Virus record (IMG/VR): IMGVR_UViG_3300025517_000003
Span: 1 to 48,726 of that record
Length of the DNA: 48,726 bases
Source of the DNA: a virus
Taxonomy: Duplodnaviria > Caudoviricetes
Strand: one strand, 5' to 3'
Below, in pieces: positions 28,222 to 36,465 of the stretch. Every line of letters begins with the position of its first letter. Positions within the stretch are counted from its first letter, which is position 1. The notes below the pieces were generated by a model. The model searched no databases, was not told the origin of the DNA, and saw nothing but the letters and a program-made list of their open reading frames with translations. A program made the position numbers and the translations under genes.

Positions 28222-28361
28222 AGCGTATATAAGCGCTTATTTATTATATATAAAATAATTAAAACATGTTTCATCCTATCGGATGAAAAGAACCTAATAA
28301 GAAATCATATATTATGAGAAGTTCTCATAATATATGTTAAGTTCCAAAACATTTTATAATA
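28222..28361. repeat. Left arm of a 140-bp inverted repeat (partner 30549-30688)
   Basis: 138/140 match to the reverse complement of 30549-30688. Confidence 0.95.
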
Positions 28362-28418
28362 GGTTTCACAAAATGTTCACAAAATGTTCATATTTAATCC
28401 ATTTTTTGTTAAAAGATA

Positions 28419-28466
28419 TAAAAGACGGGCGCCGCTTTTGCGCAAAGTAACAAAAGCTGGCGCCGC
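28419..28466 (-). terminator. Terminator-like hairpin after terS
   Basis: GGCGCCAGCTTTTG-loop-CAAAAGCGGCGCC-CGTCTTTT. Confidence 0.6.
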
Positions 28467-28475
28467 TTTTACGCA

Positions 28476-28922
28476 TTACTCATCATTATCTTGCGACGCA
28501 GCCTTTTCTTCTTCTGCGTATAGCTTTCTAAGACGCTCTTCCAGGCGTTTCTGGCGTTCAGTTAAGTCGCCAGCTTCTTCGATGTGCGTGTGTTCGACTT
28601 TTTCTTGCAACAATCCGCGATTTTTCAGATATAATTCGATTCCGCGCGTGCTGCCCTGGCGCACCTTCTTCAATAGATGCGCATAGACTTCGCTGCGGCG
28701 CGATTCCATAAATGTTTCAGTCAAGTCGTTCAGCAGCGCTATGAAGTTCTGGTCTTTCGTTTCCCAGTTGTAAAGCGTCTGACGTGTCACTCCCACTGCT
28801 TCTGCGATTTCCGTCTTGTTATGATACTTGCTTTCGCCGAATGCGTATTCCATTAGCAAGAATGCAGCTTCGCGCTGCCCTCTTTTCAGTTTGCTCGCGT
28901 CATATTTTTCTCGTCGTGCCAT
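28476..28922 (-). CDS. terS: Terminase small subunit (HTH)
   Basis: KTEIAEAVGVTRQTLYNW HTH; IELYLK..GLLQEKVE; upstream of terL. Confidence 0.8.
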   Translation of the reverse strand: MARREKYDASKLKRGQREAAFLLMEYAFGESKYHNKTEIAEAVGVTRQTLYNWETKDQNFIALLNDLTETFMESRRSEVYAHLLKKVRQGSTRGIELYLKNRGLLQEKVEHTHIEEAGDLTERQKRLEERLRKLYAEEEKAASQDNDE

Positions 28923-29302
28923 TCTTCGTCACCCCCTTTTTCTCGCGGACGAAAGCCGATATTGGCTTTTTCTTGCGTCCTCTTTTTCGCATCGACAGCT
29001 TCCTTGAACGCTGCTTCCAGTTCTTCTGGCGTTCCGAATGTGAAGTTATCGCAAAGAACTTGATGCAATACGATGCCGAAGCGGTTCACCATATCTTCGT
29101 CTTGCTCGTCGAAGCCCGCTTCATACATGATGGCATGCGTCAATTCATGAATAATGACTTGCTGCATGCGTTCAGGCGCAAGGCTAGCGTCTACGACGAT
29201 GCGCGCCCCTTCATAATCGCAGAAGCCCAAGCTGCCTGTGTCTTTCATGACGTTTTCTTTCGCTTCGATTGAATAATGAATTCCTCCCACTTTGATTTCC
29301 AT
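28886..29302 (-). CDS. HExxH metallopeptidase-like protein (ImmA/IrrE-like)
   Basis: LGFCDY...VIIHELTHAI...EDMV; start trimmed to MEIKVGG after RBS AAAGGGG. Confidence 0.7.
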   Translation of the reverse strand: MEIKVGGIHYSIEAKENVMKDTGSLGFCDYEGARIVVDASLAPERMQQVIIHELTHAIMYEAGFDEQDEDMVNRFGIVLHQVLCDNFTFGTPEELEAAFKEAVDAKKRTQEKANIGFRPREKGGDEEWHDEKNMTRAN

Positions 29303-30211
29303 TTCTTGCGCCCCTTTGTAAGTGTATTTGTCCGCTGCTTTAACGCATTCCCGCGCCGTAATGTCGTTTTCAAGCGCAAATAGACGACATCTTGCAATCG
29401 AAAAATCGCGCCGCCATTTGTTCTGGCATTTCTTTGCGCTTGCATTGACATCAGCCAGACGCTTCTGGCGCCATACGGTAGACGTTTTGATATCAACGAC
29501 AGCCAGATGATTGTCTTTGCGCCAGTCCAGGCGTGATTGTGCTGCGCATTGTGGCCGTATTGTGGCGCTGATGTAAGCGGAATGCGCAGCGGATGCAGGC
29601 GGATTGACCCCGCGACTTTTGAAAAGTTGTAAGAAAATATCGGGCACTTGTGACGCCCTCCCGCCGCCTGCACCCCCGCCCCCCTTTCGCCAGCCAGACG
29701 ATTTTATGCAAAGTTTTGTATGACGTATTCACTTTGTAGTGATACGGTCATCTGACCGACGGACTGCAAGCGACTTTCAAACGTTGATATAAAAGCATTT
29801 CACGAACTTGCGCAGAAAGGCGTTTATACATGATTTTATGCAAACGTTGATATGGCGCGGTTTGACGCGCTTGTGAACGATTGCGTATGAACGATGTTTT
29901 GCATACGACAGCCAGGCGCAAGACCCCGCGATTTTTGGAAGCGGCTGTGTGCGGGACGCCGCGGCGGATAAACTACCCCTATTTAATCCGCTTGCCTGCG
30001 CTACCCATAACGCCGTACCTGCGCCACACCAGCGCCATCCATACGCTACCCATATCACCACACCAACGCCAGCCATAACGCCAGCCATAGGCGCACCACC
30101 ACATAACAATCAACCCATTCGAACCATACGGCGCATTAAGCGCAGCCATATTGAAACAGAATGGCGCCGCTTTTTCGCCCCATTAAAGACTCCCCCATGT
30201 AAAAATTACGC

Positions 30212-30242
30212 AAGAAAAAAGATGCCGCATTGTTTCGGCATC
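30212..30242 (-). terminator. Intrinsic terminator
   Basis: GATGCCG-loop-CGGCATC-TTTTTTCTT. Confidence 0.75.
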
Positions 30243-30314
30243 ATTTGTCATTTTTATTCATTATGTTATATAACGCTTATATAGCGCTTTCAAACGCTTA
30301 TATAATAAAGATAT

Positions 30315-30382
30315 AAAACACGTTTATCCTTGCGGATAAAGCCTTCATAATATACGTTAAGTTCCGCAAACTTTTATAATAG
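30315..30382. repeat. Third, diverged partial copy of the inverted-repeat element (same orientation as left arm)
   Basis: TTTATCC-TTGC-GGATAAA and CATAATATACGTTAAGTTCC...TTTTATAATAG. Confidence 0.8.
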
Positions 30383-30548
30383 TTTACATGCAAAAAGTTT
30401 CTTTACATTTTTGTTACAAATATTACGACTTGCGTAACAATACACAAAAAAGTACGCTATGACAGCGCACACCTGGCGCCATCACACCGTCACTCTTTCG
30501 TTATATGAATATGAAAATATGAATTTTTTATGAATTTTTAACGCAACA

Positions 30549-30688
30549 TATTATAAAATGTTTTGGAACTTAACATATATTATGAGGACTTCTCATAATA
30601 TATGATTTCTTATTAGGTTCTTTTCATCCGATAGGATGAAACATGTTTTAATTATTTTATATATAATAAATAAACGCTTATATACGCT
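30549..30688. repeat. Right arm of the 140-bp inverted repeat
   Basis: Reverse complement of 28222-28361; iteron-like similarity continues to about 30726. Confidence 0.95.
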
Positions 30689-30953
30689 TATATAATATCC
30701 TGCGCTTATATATAAACAATATCTTGTGCTATTGCTTCAGTTCATATATTGCGATTCCTCCCCCAGTCGGCGCTTCATACGCAAGATGATTTCCAGACGG
30801 TCAGCCGCGATTTTTCCTTTCATAAAGACGTCACCGCCATTCCCGCGCTCGCAGCGCACAACGGCGGCGAACCACACAACGCAGCGATTCCCAGCGCATC
30901 CTTCGTCACAATTATCGCTAATACACACGGTATGTGATGGTGCTTTGCGTTAC

Positions 30954-31361
30954 TCATTCCGCATCGTCCAATGCTTTCCTTGCGATTTCACCGTTATCCA
31001 ATAAAATGATTTTGTCATGATGCAGATTGTCTGAATAATGATTTCCCACAGCGTAAAATTCAAGTGCTTCGCGCAGTCGTTTGTTTTCACTAACGGTGGA
31101 ATGTAATACTTCTTTTGTTTCTAAATATCTTTCTTGATACTCCTCAAAACGTTTGAATACTTTAATAGCTTCGTTTCTCCATTCGTCTAAGTCTTTTTCT
31201 AGTTCTTCGACACGCTCTGCTTGTTCCTTCAGCCAGCGATAATCTTCATCCGACAAGATGTATCTGTATCCTTCGCTACTTGAATCATCGCCAACAGTAT
31301 AAGTACAGCGTTCTTTCAAAACCCTACCTTTAATTTCTTCCAATCGTTCCTTATCAGTCAT
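30954..31361 (-). CDS. Hypothetical coiled-coil protein
   Basis: 135-aa ORF; ENKRLREALEFYA motif common in Bacillus phage proteins. Confidence 0.7.
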   Translation of the reverse strand: MTDKERLEEIKGRVLKERCTYTVGDDSSSEGYRYILSDEDYRWLKEQAERVEELEKDLDEWRNEAIKVFKRFEEYQERYLETKEVLHSTVSENKRLREALEFYAVGNHYSDNLHHDKIILLDNGEIARKALDDAE

Positions 31362-31795
31362 TTATCTTCATCCACTCCTTTTGTCGGATATAGCGGAAGA
31401 TAGAATACACGCGGAACACCGCCGATTGTCACCTTCTTGCGTATCAACAGCCCGCAGTCTTCCAGTGCAGCAGCGACTTTACCGATGCGTCTGCGGTCTA
31501 TCATCGCGCCTGAAGCCACCTGGTCAAGCGTATGGTCGCACCAAAGGAATAGTGCGCCATCCTGGCGTCCGTGAACGTGCTGCAAAAAGTAAACGTATAA
31601 ACTGACACATTCATGAACCATTTGACGGCTACCTGTTTTTTCATATAGCAGCTGGCGCATGTCTGGCGAAAAAGCGATTCCTGGAATAATATCATATCTT
31701 CCGCCGTTGCCTTCCAGGATGCGCTGCTTTTGACATTCTGCTTGCGCTGCCAGGCGTTTCAGTTCATCGCGCATATCTTCTGGTATATATGACAA
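31358..31795 (-). CDS. Winged-HTH protein, candidate replication initiator
   Basis: LYVYF...TLDQVASGAMIDRRRIGKVAAALEDCGLLIRKK; TTG start after RBS AAAGGGGTG. Confidence 0.6.
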   Translation of the reverse strand: MSYIPEDMRDELKRLAAQAECQKQRILEGNGGRYDIIPGIAFSPDMRQLLYEKTGSRQMVHECVSLYVYFLQHVHGRQDGALFLWCDHTLDQVASGAMIDRRRIGKVAAALEDCGLLIRKKVTIGGVPRVFYLPLYPTKGVDEDK

Positions 31796-31836
31796 TAAGC
31801 AGCACACCCCTTTCAACAGTTTTATTCGTCTTTGAA

Positions 31837-31860
31837 TACGAAAAAAGGCAGCGATGTCAC
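31837..31860 (-). promoter_or_regulatory. Phage-sigma-type promoter embedded in a terminator
   Basis: GCAGCG-TGTGACAT-CGCTGC-CTTTTTT-CGTATTCA. Confidence 0.75.
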
Positions 31861-31999
31861 ACGCTGCACGTCGAAAAGGCTTAGCGCCGATATTTAGAAG
31901 TTCTTCGATTCTTGCGTCGTATGTTTCAAGTTCCTAGTGGCTTGTTACAGGCTTTTAGAGGCTTGTTATAGGCTTTTAGCACCTAGCGCCAGGTAAACA

Positions 32000-32344
32000 T
32001 CACCACGTTGCGCGGCGATTTCCTTCATGCACTTCTTCCCCTTCAAGTATTCCGCGAATTAAGGCGATTTTCTGTTCTTCTGCTATGTCTTTGTCCAGGA
32101 TGCTTTGTATCTCATCCAGGACGCAAAGGTGTGCTTTTTCAATATGACGATAATGCTGCTCGCTGACTTTAAGCACTATTCCTTCGTATATAGCGAATGA
32201 ATGCTGTATTACTTTGATAATGATTTTATCATCTTCCAGGACATCCAACACTTCTGCCCGCTTCATATCGGTATTTGCGATAGAATAATGATTGTCAGCA
32301 GACTGTTTAGGAACGATAACATCACCAGGAAAAAAGCTGCTCAT
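32000..32344 (-). CDS. Hypothetical protein preceded by an SOS box
   Basis: 114 aa; RBS AGGGGG; resembles the last domain of 34411-35400. Confidence 0.7.
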   Translation of the reverse strand: MSSFFPGDVIVPKQSADNHYSIANTDMKRAEVLDVLEDDKIIIKVIQHSFAIYEGIVLKVSEQHYRHIEKAHLCVLDEIQSILDKDIAEEQKIALIRGILEGEEVHEGNRRATW

Positions 32345-32377
32345 ATCCTTGCCCCCTATGCGTTTACAATTAGAATC

Positions 32378-32391
32378 CGAACCTCTGTTCG
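32378..32391. promoter_or_regulatory. LexA/DinR (SOS) box
   Basis: CGAAC-CTCT-GTTCG matches the Firmicute CGAAC-N4-GTTCG consensus. Confidence 0.75.
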
Positions 32392-32498
32392 AATCTTCTT
32401 TTCTAGTTTATTTTAGCATTTTTCATCATAGTTTTGTAGTTTTTGTATTATAAGAAATACCATCTTTTCGGCGCCGCATTAAAAATTGTGAATACTGT

Positions 32499-32527
32499 TT
32501 GACATTTTATTCGTTAGGGAATAGTAT
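32499..32527 (+). promoter_or_regulatory. SigA-like promoter of the repressor gene
   Basis: TTGACA-17-TAGTAT. Confidence 0.65.
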
Positions 32528-32569
32528 TATTTATAGATTATGTCAATTATGGGCGAAAGGAAGTTATAG

Positions 32570-32803
32570 ATGAATAAATATATGGATGACACACCTATTT
32601 CTGTTACACCAAGGTTACACGAGATATTAAAGAAAAGAGGAATGACCCAGCAGGAACTGGCGGAAAAGTCGGGCGTGTCCCAGGGAACTATCAGCAGATT
32701 TGATAAAAGCAGCAAGCACGTTGACTGGCATCTCTTTGCGATAGCAGATGCTTTAAACATAGAAATTAGCGAATTATTTCGAGTAGAAAAGAAAAATAAA
32801 TGA
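32570..32803 (+). CDS. XRE-family HTH repressor
   Basis: RGMTQQELAEKSGVSQGTISRF...IADALNIEISELF; the only convincing + strand gene. Confidence 0.88.
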   Translation: MNKYMDDTPISVTPRLHEILKKRGMTQQELAEKSGVSQGTISRFDKSSKHVDWHLFAIADALNIEISELFRVEKKNK

Positions 32804-32901
32804 TAATTTTTATATATTCGCTTATATTTTTTAAAATAGCTTCGATGAAAATAGTTGAAAATAATTTATAATAGCGAAAATAAAAAAAATGTCGCGCAGG
32901 A

Positions 32902-33426
32902 TTATTCCTGGCGACTTATTTTGTATGATTTGACTTTTCCAGGCTTCCTGGCTTCCGCATACTTTTTTCGGCGCTCTTTGTTGCGTATTCTCGCAGTTTC
33001 GTCGATATGCAGCATTTCTTTCACCAGTAGCTTGCGCCTTGTTGGCGTGCGATGGTTTTGTCCATCTGTTGCGATTCCTTCCGCTGCTGCGAAGCTGACG
33101 GTTTTTCTCTGTCTGCGCCGCATCTGCTGTTCAGACAGAAACGGGTATTCAACCCTTTTGTACTTCCCTGTGTTTCTGTCTTTCAATTCTTCGCGCAAGA
33201 TAAACGTCGCTAGGCGGTCAAGCTGCGCGCCTGGCGGGCGCTGTCCTGTTTGCATGACAAATAGTTCCGTAATAGCTTCCACCCACGCCATGCGTTGATT
33301 TCTGTCTTGCAAGACGTACTCAACGCCGCCCAGTTCCACGACGTCATCCACCGCTTCCGCTTTTTCGAAAGCGATGTTCACGATTTCCTTGAATGTTTCG
33401 TTATAGTCGCCATGATTGAACATCAT
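32902..33426 (-). CDS. Hypothetical basic protein
   Basis: 174-aa ORF coupled to upstream gene. Confidence 0.7.
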   Translation of the reverse strand: MMFNHGDYNETFKEIVNIAFEKAEAVDDVVELGGVEYVLQDRNQRMAWVEAITELFVMQTGQRPPGAQLDRLATFILREELKDRNTGKYKRVEYPFLSEQQMRRRQRKTVSFAAAEGIATDGQNHRTPTRRKLLVKEMLHIDETARIRNKERRKKYAEARKPGKVKSYKISRQE

Positions 33427-33794
33427 TTATTCGCCCTTTCCATGTAGTTCCACGCTTTGAAGACTTGCGCGATTCTATAACAACCAGAATTGACGCTTTG
33501 CGATACAAGCGACTGTGATATTCCCAAGATGTCCGCAACATCCGACGCCTTCATGTCCAGGATAAGATGCAGCGCGATGCACTCTTTTTGTCTGTCTGTT
33601 AGCTTTGCTAAGCGCATCGCCCTCGATGCATCCACCAGAACGTCGACAACCGCGTAGTCACCTGATTGCATCGCCCATTCATAAAGTTCCTGATACTTGC
33701 GCAGCAGCGCCTTCACTTCCTTTCCGCGTTCCAAATGGAAGCGATGCTCTAGCTTGCGATGTCCCGCACTCATGTCGTAATGACTAACACCCAT
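33423..33794 (-). CDS. Sigma70 region-4/LuxR-type HTH regulator (candidate late activator)
   Basis: KLTDRQKECIALH...ASDVADILGISQSLVSQ. Confidence 0.75.
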   Translation of the reverse strand: MGVSHYDMSAGHRKLEHRFHLERGKEVKALLRKYQELYEWAMQSGDYAVVDVLVDASRAMRLAKLTDRQKECIALHLILDMKASDVADILGISQSLVSQSVNSGCYRIAQVFKAWNYMERANK

Positions 33795-34323
33795 CTATAT
33801 CACCCCCTGCGACAAGCCAGCGCATCCGTTCCAGGATGTCATCTTCACCGTTGCCGTTGTTTGTGAAAATATAATCCGCAGGAAGGCTGTCGATAATGCG
33901 CTCCGTTTCGTGATTCAAGTCGTCCAGCGTGAAGCGGTCACCTCGTCTGTTTAAACGTTCCAGGCGTACTTCATCCCTGGCGTCGATTTTCACCATAACG
34001 AAGCCAGCCCTCATCAGCGCAATATATTCGTTTGTCTGGCGAACATCCGTTACGACGACGCGTTCTGGCTTTTTATGTTTCAGCTGGCGCATCAGTGCGC
34101 GTATCCACACTTCCTCGTCCAGCTCGCGCATTTTCTGCCCTAATTCTTGCAACAGCTTGCGCGGTTTTTGTCCGTTGCTGAATGCTTCAGGGAACAGCTG
34201 GAATGCGACTTTTTTCAATTCATCAGCGAACGCAAAGCGTTGGAATCCGCAATGGAATACTAGATGTTCCGCGACGTAGTCCTTGCCGCTGCCTGCCTTG
34301 CCGATTAGCGCGATTTTATCCAT
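33784..34323 (-). CDS. Deoxynucleoside monophosphate kinase
   Basis: GKAGSGKD, FAFADELK, RKLLQELG, VVVTDVR, HETE. Confidence 0.88.
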   Translation of the reverse strand: MDKIALIGKAGSGKDYVAEHLVFHCGFQRFAFADELKKVAFQLFPEAFSNGQKPRKLLQELGQKMRELDEEVWIRALMRQLKHKKPERVVVTDVRQTNEYIALMRAGFVMVKIDARDEVRLERLNRRGDRFTLDDLNHETERIIDSLPADYIFTNNGNGEDDILERMRWLVAGGDIDGC

Positions 34324-34410
34324 TCATCATTCCCCCGTTTCCATTTATTCGTTATACGATAAAGAAAGCGCGAAGCGCAAGAAGTGCGCCCCGCGCTGAT
34401 ATTCAGCCCT

Positions 34411-35400
34411 TTATGATAATAATTCGCGAAGCATCGTTTTCTGTTCTTCTGTCAAAGATTTGATAAGTCGCGTAACCAGTTCTACGTCGATTTTGGCTTC
34501 CTCGACAAGTTCGAAGTATTCCATTTCCACGCTAAATTCCTCTCCTACGAAGTTAGGCTTCGATTCATGTTCCAGCACTCTTATAATCATTCTATCTTCG
34601 AATACAGCTATGACTTCGGCGCGCGTCATTGATTCATCCGTTATGCGGTATCTTTCAACACCACTTTTGCCTTTGACGATATCCCCGACTTTGAAGCGCA
34701 CCTCTTCTTCTTTCACGAGTTCGAACTCATCCGCGCGTCCATTCCATCTGGATTGCTTAGGGAAGTTGACCCGAATGACTTTATCGTCAATCGCGATTAT
34801 CGTGCCGACGTCGCCTTTGCTTACATTGCCCCATCCATAATACGGATTATCAGTGATGACACGCACCTTGTCGCCTACTTTGAACGCAGGAACATCTAAA
34901 AAAGGTTCGTCGATTTCGTTATCATCGTCGTCTAAGTCGAATTCGTCGAATTCGCTGAAGTCGAAGTCTTCGATGTCGTCGAAGTCAAAGTCTGAATCGT
35001 CTTCTAATTCCTCCGTCACGCCTTCGTCCCCCTTATCCTCGATGATTTCGATGTCATCACGCGTCATCCACCAATAATCGCCTTCGATTTCGACGAAAAC
35101 TCTGTCCCCATCTTGTCGCAATAACGTGCCGACTTTTCCTTCCATTCCGTCGCCATGAAAGCGCGTGAAGTTACCTTTCACGATTTTAACTGAAGTGCCT
35201 GGACGCAGGGCATCGGATGTGATAGGTTCAATATCTTCAATTTCCAGGAATTGCTTTAATCCGTCATCATCCACCGCAGCGAATAAAAGTGTATGTTCTG
35301 TCACATCTTCGCACAATGTAACGACTGTGCCTTCTGCGAAGGAATGTCCATTATTGCCCTTTGCGATTCTTACCTTTTCACCAGCTTTGAAAGTTTTCAT
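34411..35400 (-). CDS. Multi-domain protein with tandem SH3/KOW-like modules and an acidic linker
   Basis: Repeated FK(A/V)G(E/D)KV starts; D/E/F-rich tract. Confidence 0.7.
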   Translation of the reverse strand: MKTFKAGEKVRIAKGNNGHSFAEGTVVTLCEDVTEHTLLFAAVDDDGLKQFLEIEDIEPITSDALRPGTSVKIVKGNFTRFHGDGMEGKVGTLLRQDGDRVFVEIEGDYWWMTRDDIEIIEDKGDEGVTEELEDDSDFDFDDIEDFDFSEFDEFDLDDDDNEIDEPFLDVPAFKVGDKVRVITDNPYYGWGNVSKGDVGTIIAIDDKVIRVNFPKQSRWNGRADEFELVKEEEVRFKVGDIVKGKSGVERYRITDESMTRAEVIAVFEDRMIIRVLEHESKPNFVGEEFSVEMEYFELVEEAKIDVELVTRLIKSLTEEQKTMLRELLS

Positions 35401-35471
35401 ATAAACGATTCCACCTTTCCGCGCCTTCAGCGCATATGATTTATTTTGTGAAGCCTTGCTTCTCTTTTGAA

Positions 35472-35495
35472 TACGGCTGTCAGTTTATGTGTCAC
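35472..35495 (-). promoter_or_regulatory. Phage-sigma-type promoter
   Basis: TGTGAC-15-CGTATTCA. Confidence 0.75.
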
Positions 35496-35561
35496 ATAAT
35501 TTCATTTCAGAATTTTTTCCTTCTTCGTGAAATTATCAGATAATGTCCGTCATATCAGTAA

Positions 35562-36341
35562 TTAGTGCGCACCCTTTGGCACTGTTGCCGCTTCAAAGTA
35601 CGCATCCGTCCACGGTTCAACAGCCACGACTTCGCGCCGAATTGCTTCAGCCAGTTCGGCGATTTCATGCTGCGCACCATTCCCTTTGCGTCGCTTTGCA
35701 TAGAAGGATAGCAGCGCCGCCAGGTTCGACGTCATCACCAGATTTGTCGCTGTTGCGTTCGGCAGAACGGCACGCGCATCTTCTGGCGGAATGCCTAGCT
35801 GGCGCAGCCTGTCATAATAAAGTTGACTTTGCGCCATAGCGGATTCGAATGCAGCCCGCTGTTCTTCCGTTTTCACGGATTCGGGTAGTAGATACTTCAT
35901 CCCTCCGCTGCGGTCTTTGCTGCCCAGTCGAACGTATCTTTGCGACTGAACGCTGAAGCTGAATCCCACGCGATGACGTGTAAGCTGCGCCAACAGTGCT
36001 CGGCTGACTCCTTCAATCGCAAATGTGAAGCTAACGTGTTCCAGCGTCGACGTATGTCCTGAACGCGTGATATGACGGAACAATCTGTCGGCATCCGTTC
36101 CACCTTCGCCATCAGTCGCAACCTTGCCGAAGTATTTTTCACCTTCTTTGATTGCGATTTCTGTCGGCAAGTTCGCAGAATAACATGTCCTGATGGCAGT
36201 CAGCGTGCTGATTTGTCCATCTGTGATAACACCTTCTTCGACTTTCAGCGCTAGTTCTTCGGCGCCGTCCGCCAGGATTTCTTTGAATTTGTCTGATAGC
36301 TGTGAGTGCGCCATCAGTATGACTTTCATATCCGTTTTCAT
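35562..36341 (-). CDS. thyX: Flavin-dependent thymidylate synthase
   Basis: GHTSTLEH and TRHRVGFSFSVQSQRY ThyX motifs. Confidence 0.95.
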   Translation of the reverse strand: MKTDMKVILMAHSQLSDKFKEILADGAEELALKVEEGVITDGQISTLTAIRTCYSANLPTEIAIKEGEKYFGKVATDGEGGTDADRLFRHITRSGHTSTLEHVSFTFAIEGVSRALLAQLTRHRVGFSFSVQSQRYVRLGSKDRSGGMKYLLPESVKTEEQRAAFESAMAQSQLYYDRLRQLGIPPEDARAVLPNATATNLVMTSNLAALLSFYAKRRKGNGAQHEIAELAEAIRREVVAVEPWTDAYFEAATVPKGAH

Positions 36342-36415
36342 CAGCTGTCCCCCTTCTTTTTGAAGAATTCATAGCGTGCGACGCGCTTCAATTGCGCCGC
36401 ACATTCATTTATTAG

Positions 36416-36439
36416 TACGAATCCCGCAGAAGTTGTCAC
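36416..36439 (-). promoter_or_regulatory. Phage-sigma-type promoter (thyX)
   Basis: TGTGAC-15-CGTACTAA, just after the dut terminator. Confidence 0.7.
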
Positions 36440-36465
36440 AGACAAAAAAAAAGAACGGCGCCCTT

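Noticed and set aside
29245-30284. ORFs 29245-29673, 29493-29732, 29777-30109, 29949-30284 and the N-terminal extension of 28886-29647
   Set aside because: No convincing RBS, atypical composition and mutual overlap; the region looks non-coding
30737-33794. Arbitrium-like peptide signalling
   Set aside because: No TPR/RRNPP receptor gene and no secreted pro-peptide with a clear signal sequence next to one
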